DNA of 64,000 nucleotides from positions 20,222 to 84,221 of the forward strand of contig JACPZA010000026.1 of assembly GCA_016195715.1 (NCBI GenBank). The letters are read 5' to 3'. The translations under genes and the position numbers were made by a program. A model generated the notes under the pieces. That model searched no databases, was not told the origin of the DNA, and saw only the letters and a program-made list of their open reading frames with translations. The DNA is from Candidatus Daviesbacteria bacterium. GTDB taxonomy: Bacteria > Patescibacteriota > Microgenomatia > Daviesbacterales > UBA10151. Positions 18,554-27,723 of the stretch are shown here, piece by piece (within the stretch, counting starts at the first letter, position 1; every line of letters begins with the position of its first letter).

Positions 18554-21500
18554 ATGCTAAAAGTTAAAATAGGTTCTAGTCAAAAAGGTGTTGCCCATCT
18601 GCTGCTATTAATTGCTGCTTTAGGTCTAATTTCATTCTTTTTTATCTCTAATACCTTTGACTTTAAAAATAGGTTGCTTGGTGCTCTGTTTCCCAAACCC
18701 TCATCTTATGCTCAAGCTAAAAACCCCTTAGCAGAAAAGATAAATAAAAAGATCCAAGATAAAATGGACCTAGAAGTTCTAACTAAAAAGGTAGAAGCAT
18801 TAAGCCAAAACTTAATAGCTCACCCAGAGCATAAGGAGAAAGGCTCAAAACAATTAGTAGATTTACTCAAACAAAGAAAAGCTGTTTTAATTGCTTTAAT
18901 CCAAGAAGATCCTGAAGCTGCTAAAGCTTTAATTTTGCAAGATCAATATCTTCAAGCTGATGCAGCTTACTCTACCTCTGATATAGAGACTAAAGTAACT
19001 CTAACTGGTAATTTAGGGATTATCCATCATGATGATTTTACTAATCCTGAAAACTCAACTACCTTTGATACTCTAACTGCTAATAACCAAACCTACACCC
19101 TTTATACTAATACCCCTTTCTTTGCTGCTAAGAATAAAGCTACTGAGATCACAGTAACTGGTTATAAAATAGATAACTCCATTCTGGTTAACTCAACCCA
19201 ATATAGTAAGGTTCTAGGTATCTCTGACTTTTTAGTTCCAAAAGCTTTGGCTGCTGGAAATAGTACAGTAAATGTAGCAGTTATAGCTACTACTTTTTCT
19301 GATTCTACCCAAACAGATCCATTTAATATGCCCCATATCCAATCACTTTATTCAGGTTCACCAGGACATGATGTTGTTAGTTATTTTAATGAAGTCTCTT
19401 ATGGTAAAACCACTATTGTTCCATCATTTTATGGTCCATATAAACTAGCAAATACCAAAGCAGCTTATTGTTTTGGTAATAACCAGCTGGGACCTGATAT
19501 TATTAAAGCGGCTGATCCAGATATTAATTTTACTAATGTTAATCAAGTCATTTATCTAGTTGATTGTGGCTCAAATTTTCAGTCTGTATCTGGCGGTCCT
19601 ACCTCAATTAATACTGCAGAAGGGACATTTTATATTGCTCCTGCTTTTATTGGTGGGGTTCAAGGACAAAACCTGAATACTTTTATCCATGAAACAGCTC
19701 ATGAGATAGCTGAGATTGGCCAAACTTCGGCTAACTATACTTATAACAACCATGCTAATTATTTTATGTGCCAACCTGATATTTTTGACCCAGTAACTAA
19801 CCTTGGACCAAACTGTACTACATCAGATTATGGGGATCAATTTGATGTATTAGGGGGGACTCAAGCATCTTCTTCAGATCAAACACTAGAAGAGGCAGGC
19901 CATATGAATGCTTACCATAAATCCCGTTCTGGTTGGTTTTCTGGTAATAACTACATTACTTTATCTACCCCTGGCACTTATTCTTATACTTTAGCACCAA
20001 TAGAAAACCCCACTACCTCTACCCAAGCTTTATATATCCCAAGAGGCACCTCTGGAACTGGATTTACCCTTGAATATAGACAACCTATTGGTTGGGATTC
20101 TTGGGAAGCTAGTGACCCATCTGCCTGTAAATATGGATGTACTGTTACCAAAGGTCCCTCAATTAGATTCATTTATACTTCTGGTACTGGAGATACTCAA
20201 GGTATAGACACAACTCCAAATAATGTTACCAACAGTCCATCTTACTGGCCAGATGAAGATTACTGGAATGGAGCAGCTTTAGAGCCAGGTAATACTTTTA
20301 CAGATCCAGAGTATGGTATAACTATCCAAACTATCTCAGCAGATACAAATGGTACTACAGTTTCTGTAACTATACCTACTATTACTTGTACTCATGCATC
20401 ACCTACACTTACTGTATCTCCGTCTACTCAAACTCTGACTCCAGGAATAGCAGGTATATATACTGCCACTATTACCAATAATGATTCATCTGGTTGTCCA
20501 GCTAATAAGTTCTGGTTTGCTGATGCAGGTGGCTCTGGTACATTAGTAGTTCCTGATAGTAGATGGGTTAGTATTGCCCCAGGTCAGTCAGCAAATGTTA
20601 ATATCTCAGTCACTCTTGCTTCAGCCTCAACTGATTTTGGTTATGCTCAAAATATTAATTTAAGAACCTTTTCAAACTCAGTCGGAGTAGCTGAAACAGA
20701 TAAATATATTACTTATCAGGTCGCTTCTGTAGCTGATACAACTCCACCTTCTGCTCCCACTAATCTAACTGTTACAACAGCTGGTGCTGGACAGGTTAAT
20801 TTAAGCTGGGGGGCTGCTACTGATAATGTTGGAATAGTGGGATATACAATTTGGAGAGACTCAGGTGGTATACGAACTGTTAGTGCGAACAATACTTCAA
20901 GTATTGATGCTAACCTCGCTCCAAACACTACCTATACCTACTATGTCCAAGCTTTTGATAGGAAAAATAATAAGACAAGTTCTAATACTGTCACAGTGAC
21001 TACTCCTGCTAAAACTGATACCACACGACCTTCTGTGCCCACTAATTTATCAGCTCAATTTATTAGTGCCAATGAAGTAATTTTAAGTTGGTCTCCTAGT
21101 ACTGATAATGTTGGTGTGACAGCATATACAATCACTGGTGGCTGGCCAAATAATGAAAGTGGTACTAGTTTTGTTGGTCCAACTATTAATTCAGTAGACA
21201 TTAAAGGTCTTCAGTATAGTGAATCATATTACTATAGTATTAATGCTTTTGATGGTGATGGTAATCAAGCTGGGGCTTGGCAAAATTTTAACATTGTCAC
21301 AGCAGCGCCAGGGACTTTGCCTCCCACCCAACCAACTAATTTCCAAGCTCAAATCATCTCCAGTGGGACCAATGTAACCTGGAATGCAAGCACAGGAGGA
21401 ACTGGTGCAATAAGTTATGTAGTGTACAGGAATGCTCTTATAGCTGCTACAGTTTGTGGAACATCCTACTTTGATAGTGGAGCAAGTTACAAGCAATACC

Positions 21501-22027
21501 ATGTCCAGGCAGTTGATAGTCTAGGAAATCTATCTATTCCTTCTGCAAATATATCTTCAAATCCTGCTCCTATCCCTGAACCATCCCCAGTTACTACTAC
21601 TCTTTGTGGTTCTCCTTCTCCCACACCTTCTTCTAGCCCATCCCCAACTCTTGTGCCTACCCCAACCCCAACTTTAGCTCCAACTCCAACACCCACTCCT
21701 ACACCCACCCCAACTACTGCTCCAGATACTACTAAACCTACTGTTTCTATTACCTCTCCTCTAAATAATAGTACTGTTACCAGAAGTACTACAGTAACAA
21801 TTCAAGCCTCTGCATCAGACCCAGTAGTTTTAGGACAAGTAGCTAGTGGTGTCTCTAAAATAGAGTTTTATGTGAATAGTAGTCTAACCTGTACAGATAC
21901 TACCTCACCATATTCTTGTTCCTGGAAAGTCCCTGCTGCTAAAGGTAAAACTTATACCCTCCAAGCTAAAGCCTATGACAATGCTAATAATACAAATACT
22001 AGTACTATCACTGTGACTGCTAATTAA
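18554..22027 (+). CDS. Large cell-surface zincin metalloprotease-like protein with three fibronectin type III domains, Pro/Thr linker and C-terminal Ig-like domain
   Basis: HETAHEIAEIG HExxH motif; three FN3 repeats (PSAPTNLTVT...VNLSWGAATDNVGIVGYTIWRD...YTYYVQAFD; PSVPTNLSAQ...; PTQPTNFQAQ...); PTPTPT linker; Ig-like TKPTVSITSP...YTLQAKAYDNANN. Confidence 0.6.
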   Translation: MLKVKIGSSQKGVAHLLLLIAALGLISFFFISNTFDFKNRLLGALFPKPSSYAQAKNPLAEKINKKIQDKMDLEVLTKKVEALSQNLIAHPEHKEKGSKQLVDLLKQRKAVLIALIQEDPEAAKALILQDQYLQADAAYSTSDIETKVTLTGNLGIIHHDDFTNPENSTTFDTLTANNQTYTLYTNTPFFAAKNKATEITVTGYKIDNSILVNSTQYSKVLGISDFLVPKALAAGNSTVNVAVIATTFSDSTQTDPFNMPHIQSLYSGSPGHDVVSYFNEVSYGKTTIVPSFYGPYKLANTKAAYCFGNNQLGPDIIKAADPDINFTNVNQVIYLVDCGSNFQSVSGGPTSINTAEGTFYIAPAFIGGVQGQNLNTFIHETAHEIAEIGQTSANYTYNNHANYFMCQPDIFDPVTNLGPNCTTSDYGDQFDVLGGTQASSSDQTLEEAGHMNAYHKSRSGWFSGNNYITLSTPGTYSYTLAPIENPTTSTQALYIPRGTSGTGFTLEYRQPIGWDSWEASDPSACKYGCTVTKGPSIRFIYTSGTGDTQGIDTTPNNVTNSPSYWPDEDYWNGAALEPGNTFTDPEYGITIQTISADTNGTTVSVTIPTITCTHASPTLTVSPSTQTLTPGIAGIYTATITNNDSSGCPANKFWFADAGGSGTLVVPDSRWVSIAPGQSANVNISVTLASASTDFGYAQNINLRTFSNSVGVAETDKYITYQVASVADTTPPSAPTNLTVTTAGAGQVNLSWGAATDNVGIVGYTIWRDSGGIRTVSANNTSSIDANLAPNTTYTYYVQAFDRKNNKTSSNTVTVTTPAKTDTTRPSVPTNLSAQFISANEVILSWSPSTDNVGVTAYTITGGWPNNESGTSFVGPTINSVDIKGLQYSESYYYSINAFDGDGNQAGAWQNFNIVTAAPGTLPPTQPTNFQAQIISSGTNVTWNASTGGTGAISYVVYRNALIAATVCGTSYFDSGASYKQYHVQAVDSLGNLSIPSANISSNPAPIPEPSPVTTTLCGSPSPTPSSSPSPTLVPTPTPTLAPTPTPTPTPTPTTAPDTTKPTVSITSPLNNSTVTRSTTVTIQASASDPVVLGQVASGVSKIEFYVNSSLTCTDTTSPYSCSWKVPAAKGKTYTLQAKAYDNANNTNTSTITVTAN

Positions 22028-22160
22028 AATTTCTAATTTGACAAAGTTCACAAAACTAAACTATAATAGCCAAAGCTTGAGACAGTAAGTCTTCATCAGT
22101 TGATGATATAAATCTTACCGAGGCGACTATTATTTTAGCGCCTCAATAGGCGCTAATTTT

Positions 22161-22688
22161 ATGCCAAAAACAAGAATTCAGAAAGAAGATACAGTTGTCA
22201 ACTTAACAGATAAGCTTTCTAAAGCAAAATCTGTGGTTTTTGCTGATTATCGCGGTATGACTATGAAGCAACTGTCTGATCTTAGATCAAAATTAAGAGA
22301 GCAAAATAGCCAGTTTTCCATAACTAAAAATAATTTACTAAATTTAGCTTTAAAAAATGCTAAGCTAGACCTAGATCAAGATGGTTTAACTGGTCCAACT
22401 GCTACTTTATTTAATTTTGAAGATGAAATTTCCCCAATCAAACTATTAACTAAAGCTTTAAAGGACAATCAAATTGGATCAATTAAGTCAGGAATTTTAA
22501 ATGGTGAAATTTTAAGCAATATTCAAATTCTCAAGTTAGCTTCTCTACCTTCTAAAGAAGAGCTCAGAGCTAAAGTTGTAGGTGGAATTTCTGGACCACT
22601 TTATGGAATAGTTGGAGTTTTGCAAGCTAATTTAAGAAACTTAAGTTATGTGCTAGATCAAATTAAAATTCAAAAAGGAGGTGTTTAA
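22161..22688 (+). CDS. rplJ: 50S ribosomal protein L10
   Basis: L10 N-terminus ([40 protein letters not shown]). Confidence 0.9.
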   Translation: MPKTRIQKEDTVVNLTDKLSKAKSVVFADYRGMTMKQLSDLRSKLREQNSQFSITKNNLLNLALKNAKLDLDQDGLTGPTATLFNFEDEISPIKLLTKALKDNQIGSIKSGILNGEILSNIQILKLASLPSKEELRAKVVGGISGPLYGIVGVLQANLRNLSYVLDQIKIQKGGV

Positions 22689-23283
22689 ATTGGCAGACGA
22701 TACAAAAGCCCAAGTAGAACCAGTCCAAGCTAATGAAGAAACTATTGAAACAGTAGCCCCAGCAGAACCTGCTAAAGAGGCAGCTGAGGTTTTAGAGAAG
22801 GCTGAAAATAGCGAGAATAAACAAGGAATGGATGATTCTGCTGAAAAAACAAAATCAGCAGATAAAGGTAAGTCAGAATCATCCAAACAAAAAGCAGTTT
22901 CTAAAGATTTAGAGCAAATTATAGAAAAAATTGAGAAGCTCTCGGTTTTAGAATTAGCTGATTTGGTCCATGCTCTTGAGGATAAATTTGGAGTTTCAGC
23001 AGCAGCACCCATGGCAGTAGCTGGAGCAGCTCAAGCCGGAAATGGAGATCAACCAGCAGCTGAAGAACAAACTACTTTTAATGTAATTTTAAGTAGTGGT
23101 GGAGCAAATAAAATTGCTGTTATTAAAGCAGTTAGAGAATTAGTTCCAACTTTAGGCTTAAAAGAAGCTAAAGATTTAGTTGAAGGTGCTCCTAAACCAG
23201 TTTTGGAAGGTGTTAACAAAGAGACAGCTAACCAAGCTAAGACTAAATTAACTGGCGCAGGTGGAACAGTAGAATTACAATAA
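22681..23283 (+). CDS. rplL: 50S ribosomal protein L7/L12 with ~70-aa acidic N-terminal extension (the start may be the TTG at 22690, which follows the AGGAGG SD)
   Basis: Dimerisation helix [34 protein letters not shown], hinge and C-terminal domain ([28 protein letters not shown]). Confidence 0.9.
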   Translation: MFKLADDTKAQVEPVQANEETIETVAPAEPAKEAAEVLEKAENSENKQGMDDSAEKTKSADKGKSESSKQKAVSKDLEQIIEKIEKLSVLELADLVHALEDKFGVSAAAPMAVAGAAQAGNGDQPAAEEQTTFNVILSSGGANKIAVIKAVRELVPTLGLKEAKDLVEGAPKPVLEGVNKETANQAKTKLTGAGGTVELQ

Positions 23284-23287
23284 AACC

Positions 23288-23340
23288 ATTAGAGAGGGTG
23301 ATATTCAGAATTGCAATTAATGATTATCTCCCTCTTTTTT
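23288..23340 (+). terminator. Candidate rho-independent terminator after rplL
   Basis: agagagggtgata...tatctccctct imperfect stem followed by a T6 run. Confidence 0.4.
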
Positions 23341-23363
23341 GAGGTTATAGTGTTTTATATATC

Positions 23364-23393
23364 TTGACAAGTTTTGAACTCCTGTGATATATA
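23364..23393 (+). promoter_or_regulatory. Sigma70-like promoter TTGACA-18-TATATA upstream of the small HTH gene
   Basis: TTGACA at 23364-23369 and TATATA at 23388-23393. Confidence 0.5.
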
Positions 23394-23403
23394 TTGAATT
23401 ACA

Positions 23404-23637
23404 ATGGCAGAGAAAATTTCTTTAGAAAAACTCCCTGATTTATTAACTGTTCGAGAAGTCGCAGAAATACTTAGAGTTTCCCCTTTGACTATTAAACGTT
23501 GGGGTAAAAGAGGTAAGCTTCCAGCTATCAGAATTAACTCAAGAGGAGATCGTCGTTATAAAAAAGAGGCTGTATTGTGGCTTCTTGGTATTACCCAGAA
23601 ATCTTCAGAATCCAGTTCAAATAGCGGTTCTTATTAA
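23404..23637 (+). CDS. Stand-alone MerR/excisionase-type helix-turn-helix DNA-binding protein (same HTH subfamily as the N-termini of the giant proteins at 31854 and 57477)
   Basis: LLTVREVAEILRVSPLTIKRWGKRGKLPAIRINSRGDRRY, a MerR-type HTH signature. Confidence 0.6.
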   Translation: MAEKISLEKLPDLLTVREVAEILRVSPLTIKRWGKRGKLPAIRINSRGDRRYKKEAVLWLLGITQKSSESSSNSGSY

Positions 23638-23700
23638 TATACCCAAGGCATTTTTTAGTTATTGATTTGATAATTAGCAATCAAGCTACAAAAGTGATAA

Positions 23701-24516
23701 CTAGTCTATATTAGGTTTTTGTAATAGTAAAAACATGAATTCTAATAAAGAAATAAATCTTTTAATTCTCCATGGTTGAATGATTAATCTAAATAGCCAC
23801 TCAAAGTTTAGCTCGCGAATTAACTTGGGAGCTCTTGGGATATTTTCTGAGATATAGTCAAATGCCCCGCCTACTCCAATAAACACTTTTGCTGGAACTT
23901 TGTCAATATTTTTTATTATCCACTTCTCTTGTTTAATATGACCCAAACCAACAAATAAAATATCTACTTTTTGCGTCTTTAAATCCTCGAGATAATCTTT
24001 TTCCATCTGACCGTTTTTATCAACTTTTCCTCCATCAAGACTATAATTAATTGATATATTTTGATATCTTTGTTGTAAGCACTCAGACGCTCTCTTCGCT
24101 ACCGTTTTTCTACCTCCAATTAAACCTATTCCGAGGGGCCAAACATTTGATTTTTCAGCAATGGCTAGCATTAAATCAGTACCTGTTACTAGTGGAAAAT
24201 TGTCAGATATGACCAACTTTGGATAGAAAAAAAATAACCAAAAAAATAGTTTTTTGAATAAATTTTTTTCCTCTAAAACTTTTTTTGCCCAACCAATTCT
24301 AGAACTATCCGGGATTGATAAATCTGAGTTGTTTAAAATATTCCTAAAATTTCTATCTTTTTGCGCTGCCATGATAAATTCAATATTGGTTGTGACTATA
24401 TAGCGTTTTTTATCCCCTTTCACCCATTCAGAAATTTTTTCCAAAGTTTCATTCATGCTAATTTCATCTACTTTAACTGAAAAGATTGAAATTGATTTAG
24501 GTTTTAAATTATTCAT
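23701..24516 (-). CDS. WecB/TagA/CpsF family (GT26) glycosyltransferase
   Basis: C-terminal signature IGVGGAFDYISENIPRAPKLIRELNFEWLFRLIIQPWRIKR. Confidence 0.8.
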   Translation of the reverse strand: MNNLKPKSISIFSVKVDEISMNETLEKISEWVKGDKKRYIVTTNIEFIMAAQKDRNFRNILNNSDLSIPDSSRIGWAKKVLEEKNLFKKLFFWLFFFYPKLVISDNFPLVTGTDLMLAIAEKSNVWPLGIGLIGGRKTVAKRASECLQQRYQNISINYSLDGGKVDKNGQMEKDYLEDLKTQKVDILFVGLGHIKQEKWIIKNIDKVPAKVFIGVGGAFDYISENIPRAPKLIRELNFEWLFRLIIQPWRIKRFISLLEFMFLLLQKPNID

Positions 24517-25622
24517 AAGATACTTTTTTCAAAAACTGCTCGTGTTTGTTTGGCTGTTTTTTCCCAACTAAACTCACTTAGTCTTTTTGATCCTAATCGA
24601 ATCAGTCTTTGCCTTTGGCTTTCTTTTATAATTTGCTTCATAGCATTAAGTATATCCTCTTTTTTATTTAGATTAACAACTAGCCCCGCATTTTCAGTAA
24701 TTTCAGGCAAAGATGAGTTGCTTGATACTAAAACAGGACAACTGCAAGCAAATGCTTCTAAAATTGGCAATCCAAATCCTTCAAAAAGCGAGATAAAAGT
24801 TAAAGCTGCGCCACCGTTATATAAACCAACTAACTCTTCATCACTAACTCTACCTAAAAACTTAACTTTGTCTTCAATCCCTAAACTGTTTGGAAGTTTA
24901 TAAATTTCATCAGCCATCCAACCCTTACTTCCTGCTATAACTAACTTAAAATCAGGAAAATCTTTAATAAATTCACTAAAACTTAAAATTAATTGGTCTA
25001 AATTTTTTCTGGGTTGGATGGTACCAACAAATAAAAAATACTTCTGAAATTCTATATCAAAAGACTTCAATATATTAACTAGTACATCTTTTTTCAAGAT
25101 CTTAAAAATATTTCTATCGACTCCTTCATAAACTACATCAATTTTTCTTTCATCTAGGCGAACTTTATTAATTAGATCGTTTTTAGTTGAGTTTGAAACT
25201 GCAATGATTCTAGTGGCAGATTTTAGCTGCTGATGTGTCATCCATTTTAAATAAAGCTTTTGTTTTAGTTGGTGAAATTGGGGTAAATATTCTGCGCCCA
25301 AATCATGAACCGTAATAACTGTTTTTAAAGAAGGTTTTCTAAAAATGGGCAGGGTGTGAGCTGGAATAAATAACAGATTTAGTGGATCGATAAAAGTTTG
25401 TCTTGATAATCCAAGCTGAGTCCAAAGTCTTTGATAATTTATGACTTTAAACTTAAAATTTTTAGGCCAATTTTCTTTAATCTCAAAACCAGGTCTAATA
25501 TATACTAAATACTGATTTTCTGTATCAATTTTGGCTAAATTTAGCAGTAGTTGATAAGAATAATTTTCAGTGCCAGTTCGATCTTTAATAAAAGCTCTGG
25601 ATCCATCAAAACCAATCAGCAT
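24513..25622 (-). CDS. Glycosyltransferase family 4 (GT-B)
   Basis: GT4 motifs LFVGTIQPRKN and EGFGLPILEAFACSCPVLVS; 4-bp overlap with the downstream GT26 gene. Confidence 0.8.
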   Translation of the reverse strand: MLIGFDGSRAFIKDRTGTENYSYQLLLNLAKIDTENQYLVYIRPGFEIKENWPKNFKFKVINYQRLWTQLGLSRQTFIDPLNLLFIPAHTLPIFRKPSLKTVITVHDLGAEYLPQFHQLKQKLYLKWMTHQQLKSATRIIAVSNSTKNDLINKVRLDERKIDVVYEGVDRNIFKILKKDVLVNILKSFDIEFQKYFLFVGTIQPRKNLDQLILSFSEFIKDFPDFKLVIAGSKGWMADEIYKLPNSLGIEDKVKFLGRVSDEELVGLYNGGAALTFISLFEGFGLPILEAFACSCPVLVSSNSSLPEITENAGLVVNLNKKEDILNAMKQIIKESQRQRLIRLGSKRLSEFSWEKTAKQTRAVFEKSIL

Positions 25623-25685
25623 ATAAAACTAGTATATCAGTGATTAAACTTGACTTCACACTATTCTCCTAGCTAATCTTAAAGT

Positions 25686-26501
25686 ATGAAGAAATTTACA
25701 ATTTTTCTTTTACTGTTTGCTTTGTACATTTTAAATTTTAAATTATACATTCCTCTAGTTTTTGCTCAAACTCAATCAATTGATGTGGCCTCAACTCAAA
25801 CTATTGTAGATCAACAAGCAGTTGATGGAGATATTTTAACTTATACAGACAAAGGCTTAGAAAGAACCAATTTACCCTACTCTAATAAAATTTTTGGAGT
25901 ACTACAAGATAAGTCATTAATTGTTTATAGAAGTATTGATCCAAACGCTAAACCAATTGCTAGAGCTGGCTTAGTTTTAGTTAATGTGACAAATTTTGAT
26001 GGCTCAATTAAAGTTGGAGATTATATTACTAGTTCAACAATCCCAGGCAAAGGCCAAAAAGCTTCCCAATCTGGTTATACAATTGGGGTTGCTTTAGCTG
26101 CTTTAGATGAAAATGCAGCACAAAATATTACTTTTCAAAATAAAACTTATAAATCTGGTCAAATTCAAGTGGCACTCAGAATAGAATATTCAGAACTGTC
26201 TGCTCCTAGATCATTAAATAGTTTTTTTAATCTTTTTGGCACAGCTTTATTTACAAATTTGCAAAATCCTCAGCAATTTACTCAAGTAGTTAGATATATT
26301 GCTGCAGGTTTAGCCATTTTAATTAGTTTTTCTTTAGGATTTTTTACTTTTGCAAGGGCTATTCCAAAAGGTATTGAAGCAATTGGTCGAAATCCACTAG
26401 CTAAAAACGCTATTCAGTTTACTATTATTTTAAATATTATTTTTACTATTCTAACTGCTTTAGCTGGAGTGTTAGCTTCAGTTCTAATTCTTAGGCTTTA
26501 A
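25686..26501 (+). CDS. Fusion protein: signal peptide + ~190-aa extracytoplasmic domain + C-terminal F-ATPase c-subunit-like hairpin that lacks the ion-binding carboxylate
   Basis: C-terminal two-helix hairpin with loop GIEAIGRNPLAK (compare c-subunit IEGIARQPE); helix 2 (AIQFTIILNIIFTILTALAGVLASVLIL) has no E/D; helix 1 lacks the GxGxGxG motif; first gene of the atp-like operon. Confidence 0.55.
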   Translation: MKKFTIFLLLFALYILNFKLYIPLVFAQTQSIDVASTQTIVDQQAVDGDILTYTDKGLERTNLPYSNKIFGVLQDKSLIVYRSIDPNAKPIARAGLVLVNVTNFDGSIKVGDYITSSTIPGKGQKASQSGYTIGVALAALDENAAQNITFQNKTYKSGQIQVALRIEYSELSAPRSLNSFFNLFGTALFTNLQNPQQFTQVVRYIAAGLAILISFSLGFFTFARAIPKGIEAIGRNPLAKNAIQFTIILNIIFTILTALAGVLASVLILRL

Positions 26502-26548
26502 ATTTAAGCTAAAGTTTTATATGATCAAAGTTAGAAAGGAAGTTTTTC

Positions 26549-27244
26549 ATGCCCGAAATTATCCTTGGAGCGCTAATTTTAATTATTGCCATACTTTTTT
26601 TTAGAGAATATTACTTAAGACAAAAATTATTAAAGCATTTTGACCAAGAAGAAGCTGCTCGTCAAAAAAGTTTTGAACTAATACATCAAGCAATAGAGCG
26701 CTCCCAAGCTATTTTAGCTGATGCTGAACTTGATAGTATCAAAATTGCTGCTCAAAATAGCCTGCAAACTAAAAAATATGAACAAGACTTAGAACAGAAA
26801 TTAGCTAGCTCAATTCAAGAAACTTCAGGAGTTTTATCCAAAGAGGAATCTGGGTTTAGGGATAAGTTACAGGGATCTTTGCAAGAATTTGCTAAATATT
26901 TAACTGATCTAAAATCTAAAGCTGATTTGGCACAACAAAGCAATCAAGATTTAATTAAATCCCAAATTAATCAAATCTTTGAAAAGTTTGAACAAAATTT
27001 AGCTGATTTTTTAGCTCAAACTGAACAACACTCTGTTTCCACTATTGATACAGAAATTCGAGCTACCCGTCAGCTAATTAATACCTATAAAGAAGAGCAG
27101 CTAAGGTTAATTGATGAAAATATTATCGCTATTTTAGAGCGGACTTTAAGTTTGGTCTTAGCCAAAAAATTAACTTTAAAAGATCAAGTGGATTTGGTTT
27201 ACGAAGCGCTGGAAAAAGCCAAAATTGAAAAATTTATCAGTTGA
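26549..27244 (+). CDS. atpF: F-type ATPase subunit b-like (peripheral stalk)
   Basis: Single N-terminal TM followed by a long charged coiled coil; operon position before delta. Confidence 0.5.
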   Translation: MPEIILGALILIIAILFFREYYLRQKLLKHFDQEEAARQKSFELIHQAIERSQAILADAELDSIKIAAQNSLQTKKYEQDLEQKLASSIQETSGVLSKEESGFRDKLQGSLQEFAKYLTDLKSKADLAQQSNQDLIKSQINQIFEKFEQNLADFLAQTEQHSVSTIDTEIRATRQLINTYKEEQLRLIDENIIAILERTLSLVLAKKLTLKDQVDLVYEALEKAKIEKFIS

Positions 27245-27723
27245 TGGAAGATCAAATTTTAAACACAATTTTAAAAGATACTTATACTCAAACTCAACTT
27301 AACCGAAGATTAAGACTGCTTAAAGAGAGTTTAAATAACCAGTTTTTTGGTGTAAAAAATAACCTATTTATAGAACTAGAAGATCAAAATTGGCTTGACT
27401 CACTAGACAAAACCATTTTTAGTCAGTTTAGTCAAGAAAATTTTAATGCTCAGTTTCAGAAACTAGAAGAGCTAGGCAAACAGATTCCAGTCTTGAGTTT
27501 ATATTTAAGTTTTGATCCCCCACTTGAGGAAATTGCTAAATTGTCAAATTATTTTAGAACTAATTTTTCTCCAAACTTTTTATTCGAGATCAAACTTGAT
27601 CCAAATTTAGTAGCTGGGTCAGCTTTGGTTTGGAAAGGTGTTTATAAAGATTATTCTTTGAGAAAATACATTGATGATCAAAAAGAGAGATTAATAAGTG
27701 AGTTTAAACAATTTATTAAATGA
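27241..27723 (+). CDS. atpH: F-type ATPase subunit delta (OSCP)-like
   Basis: C-terminal IKLDPNLVAGSALVWKGVYKDYSLRKYI resembles the delta VDPSLIGG..I..GD.VIDGSVR motif; position before alpha. Confidence 0.55.
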   Translation: MMEDQILNTILKDTYTQTQLNRRLRLLKESLNNQFFGVKNNLFIELEDQNWLDSLDKTIFSQFSQENFNAQFQKLEELGKQIPVLSLYLSFDPPLEEIAKLSNYFRTNFSPNFLFEIKLDPNLVAGSALVWKGVYKDYSLRKYIDDQKERLISEFKQFIK

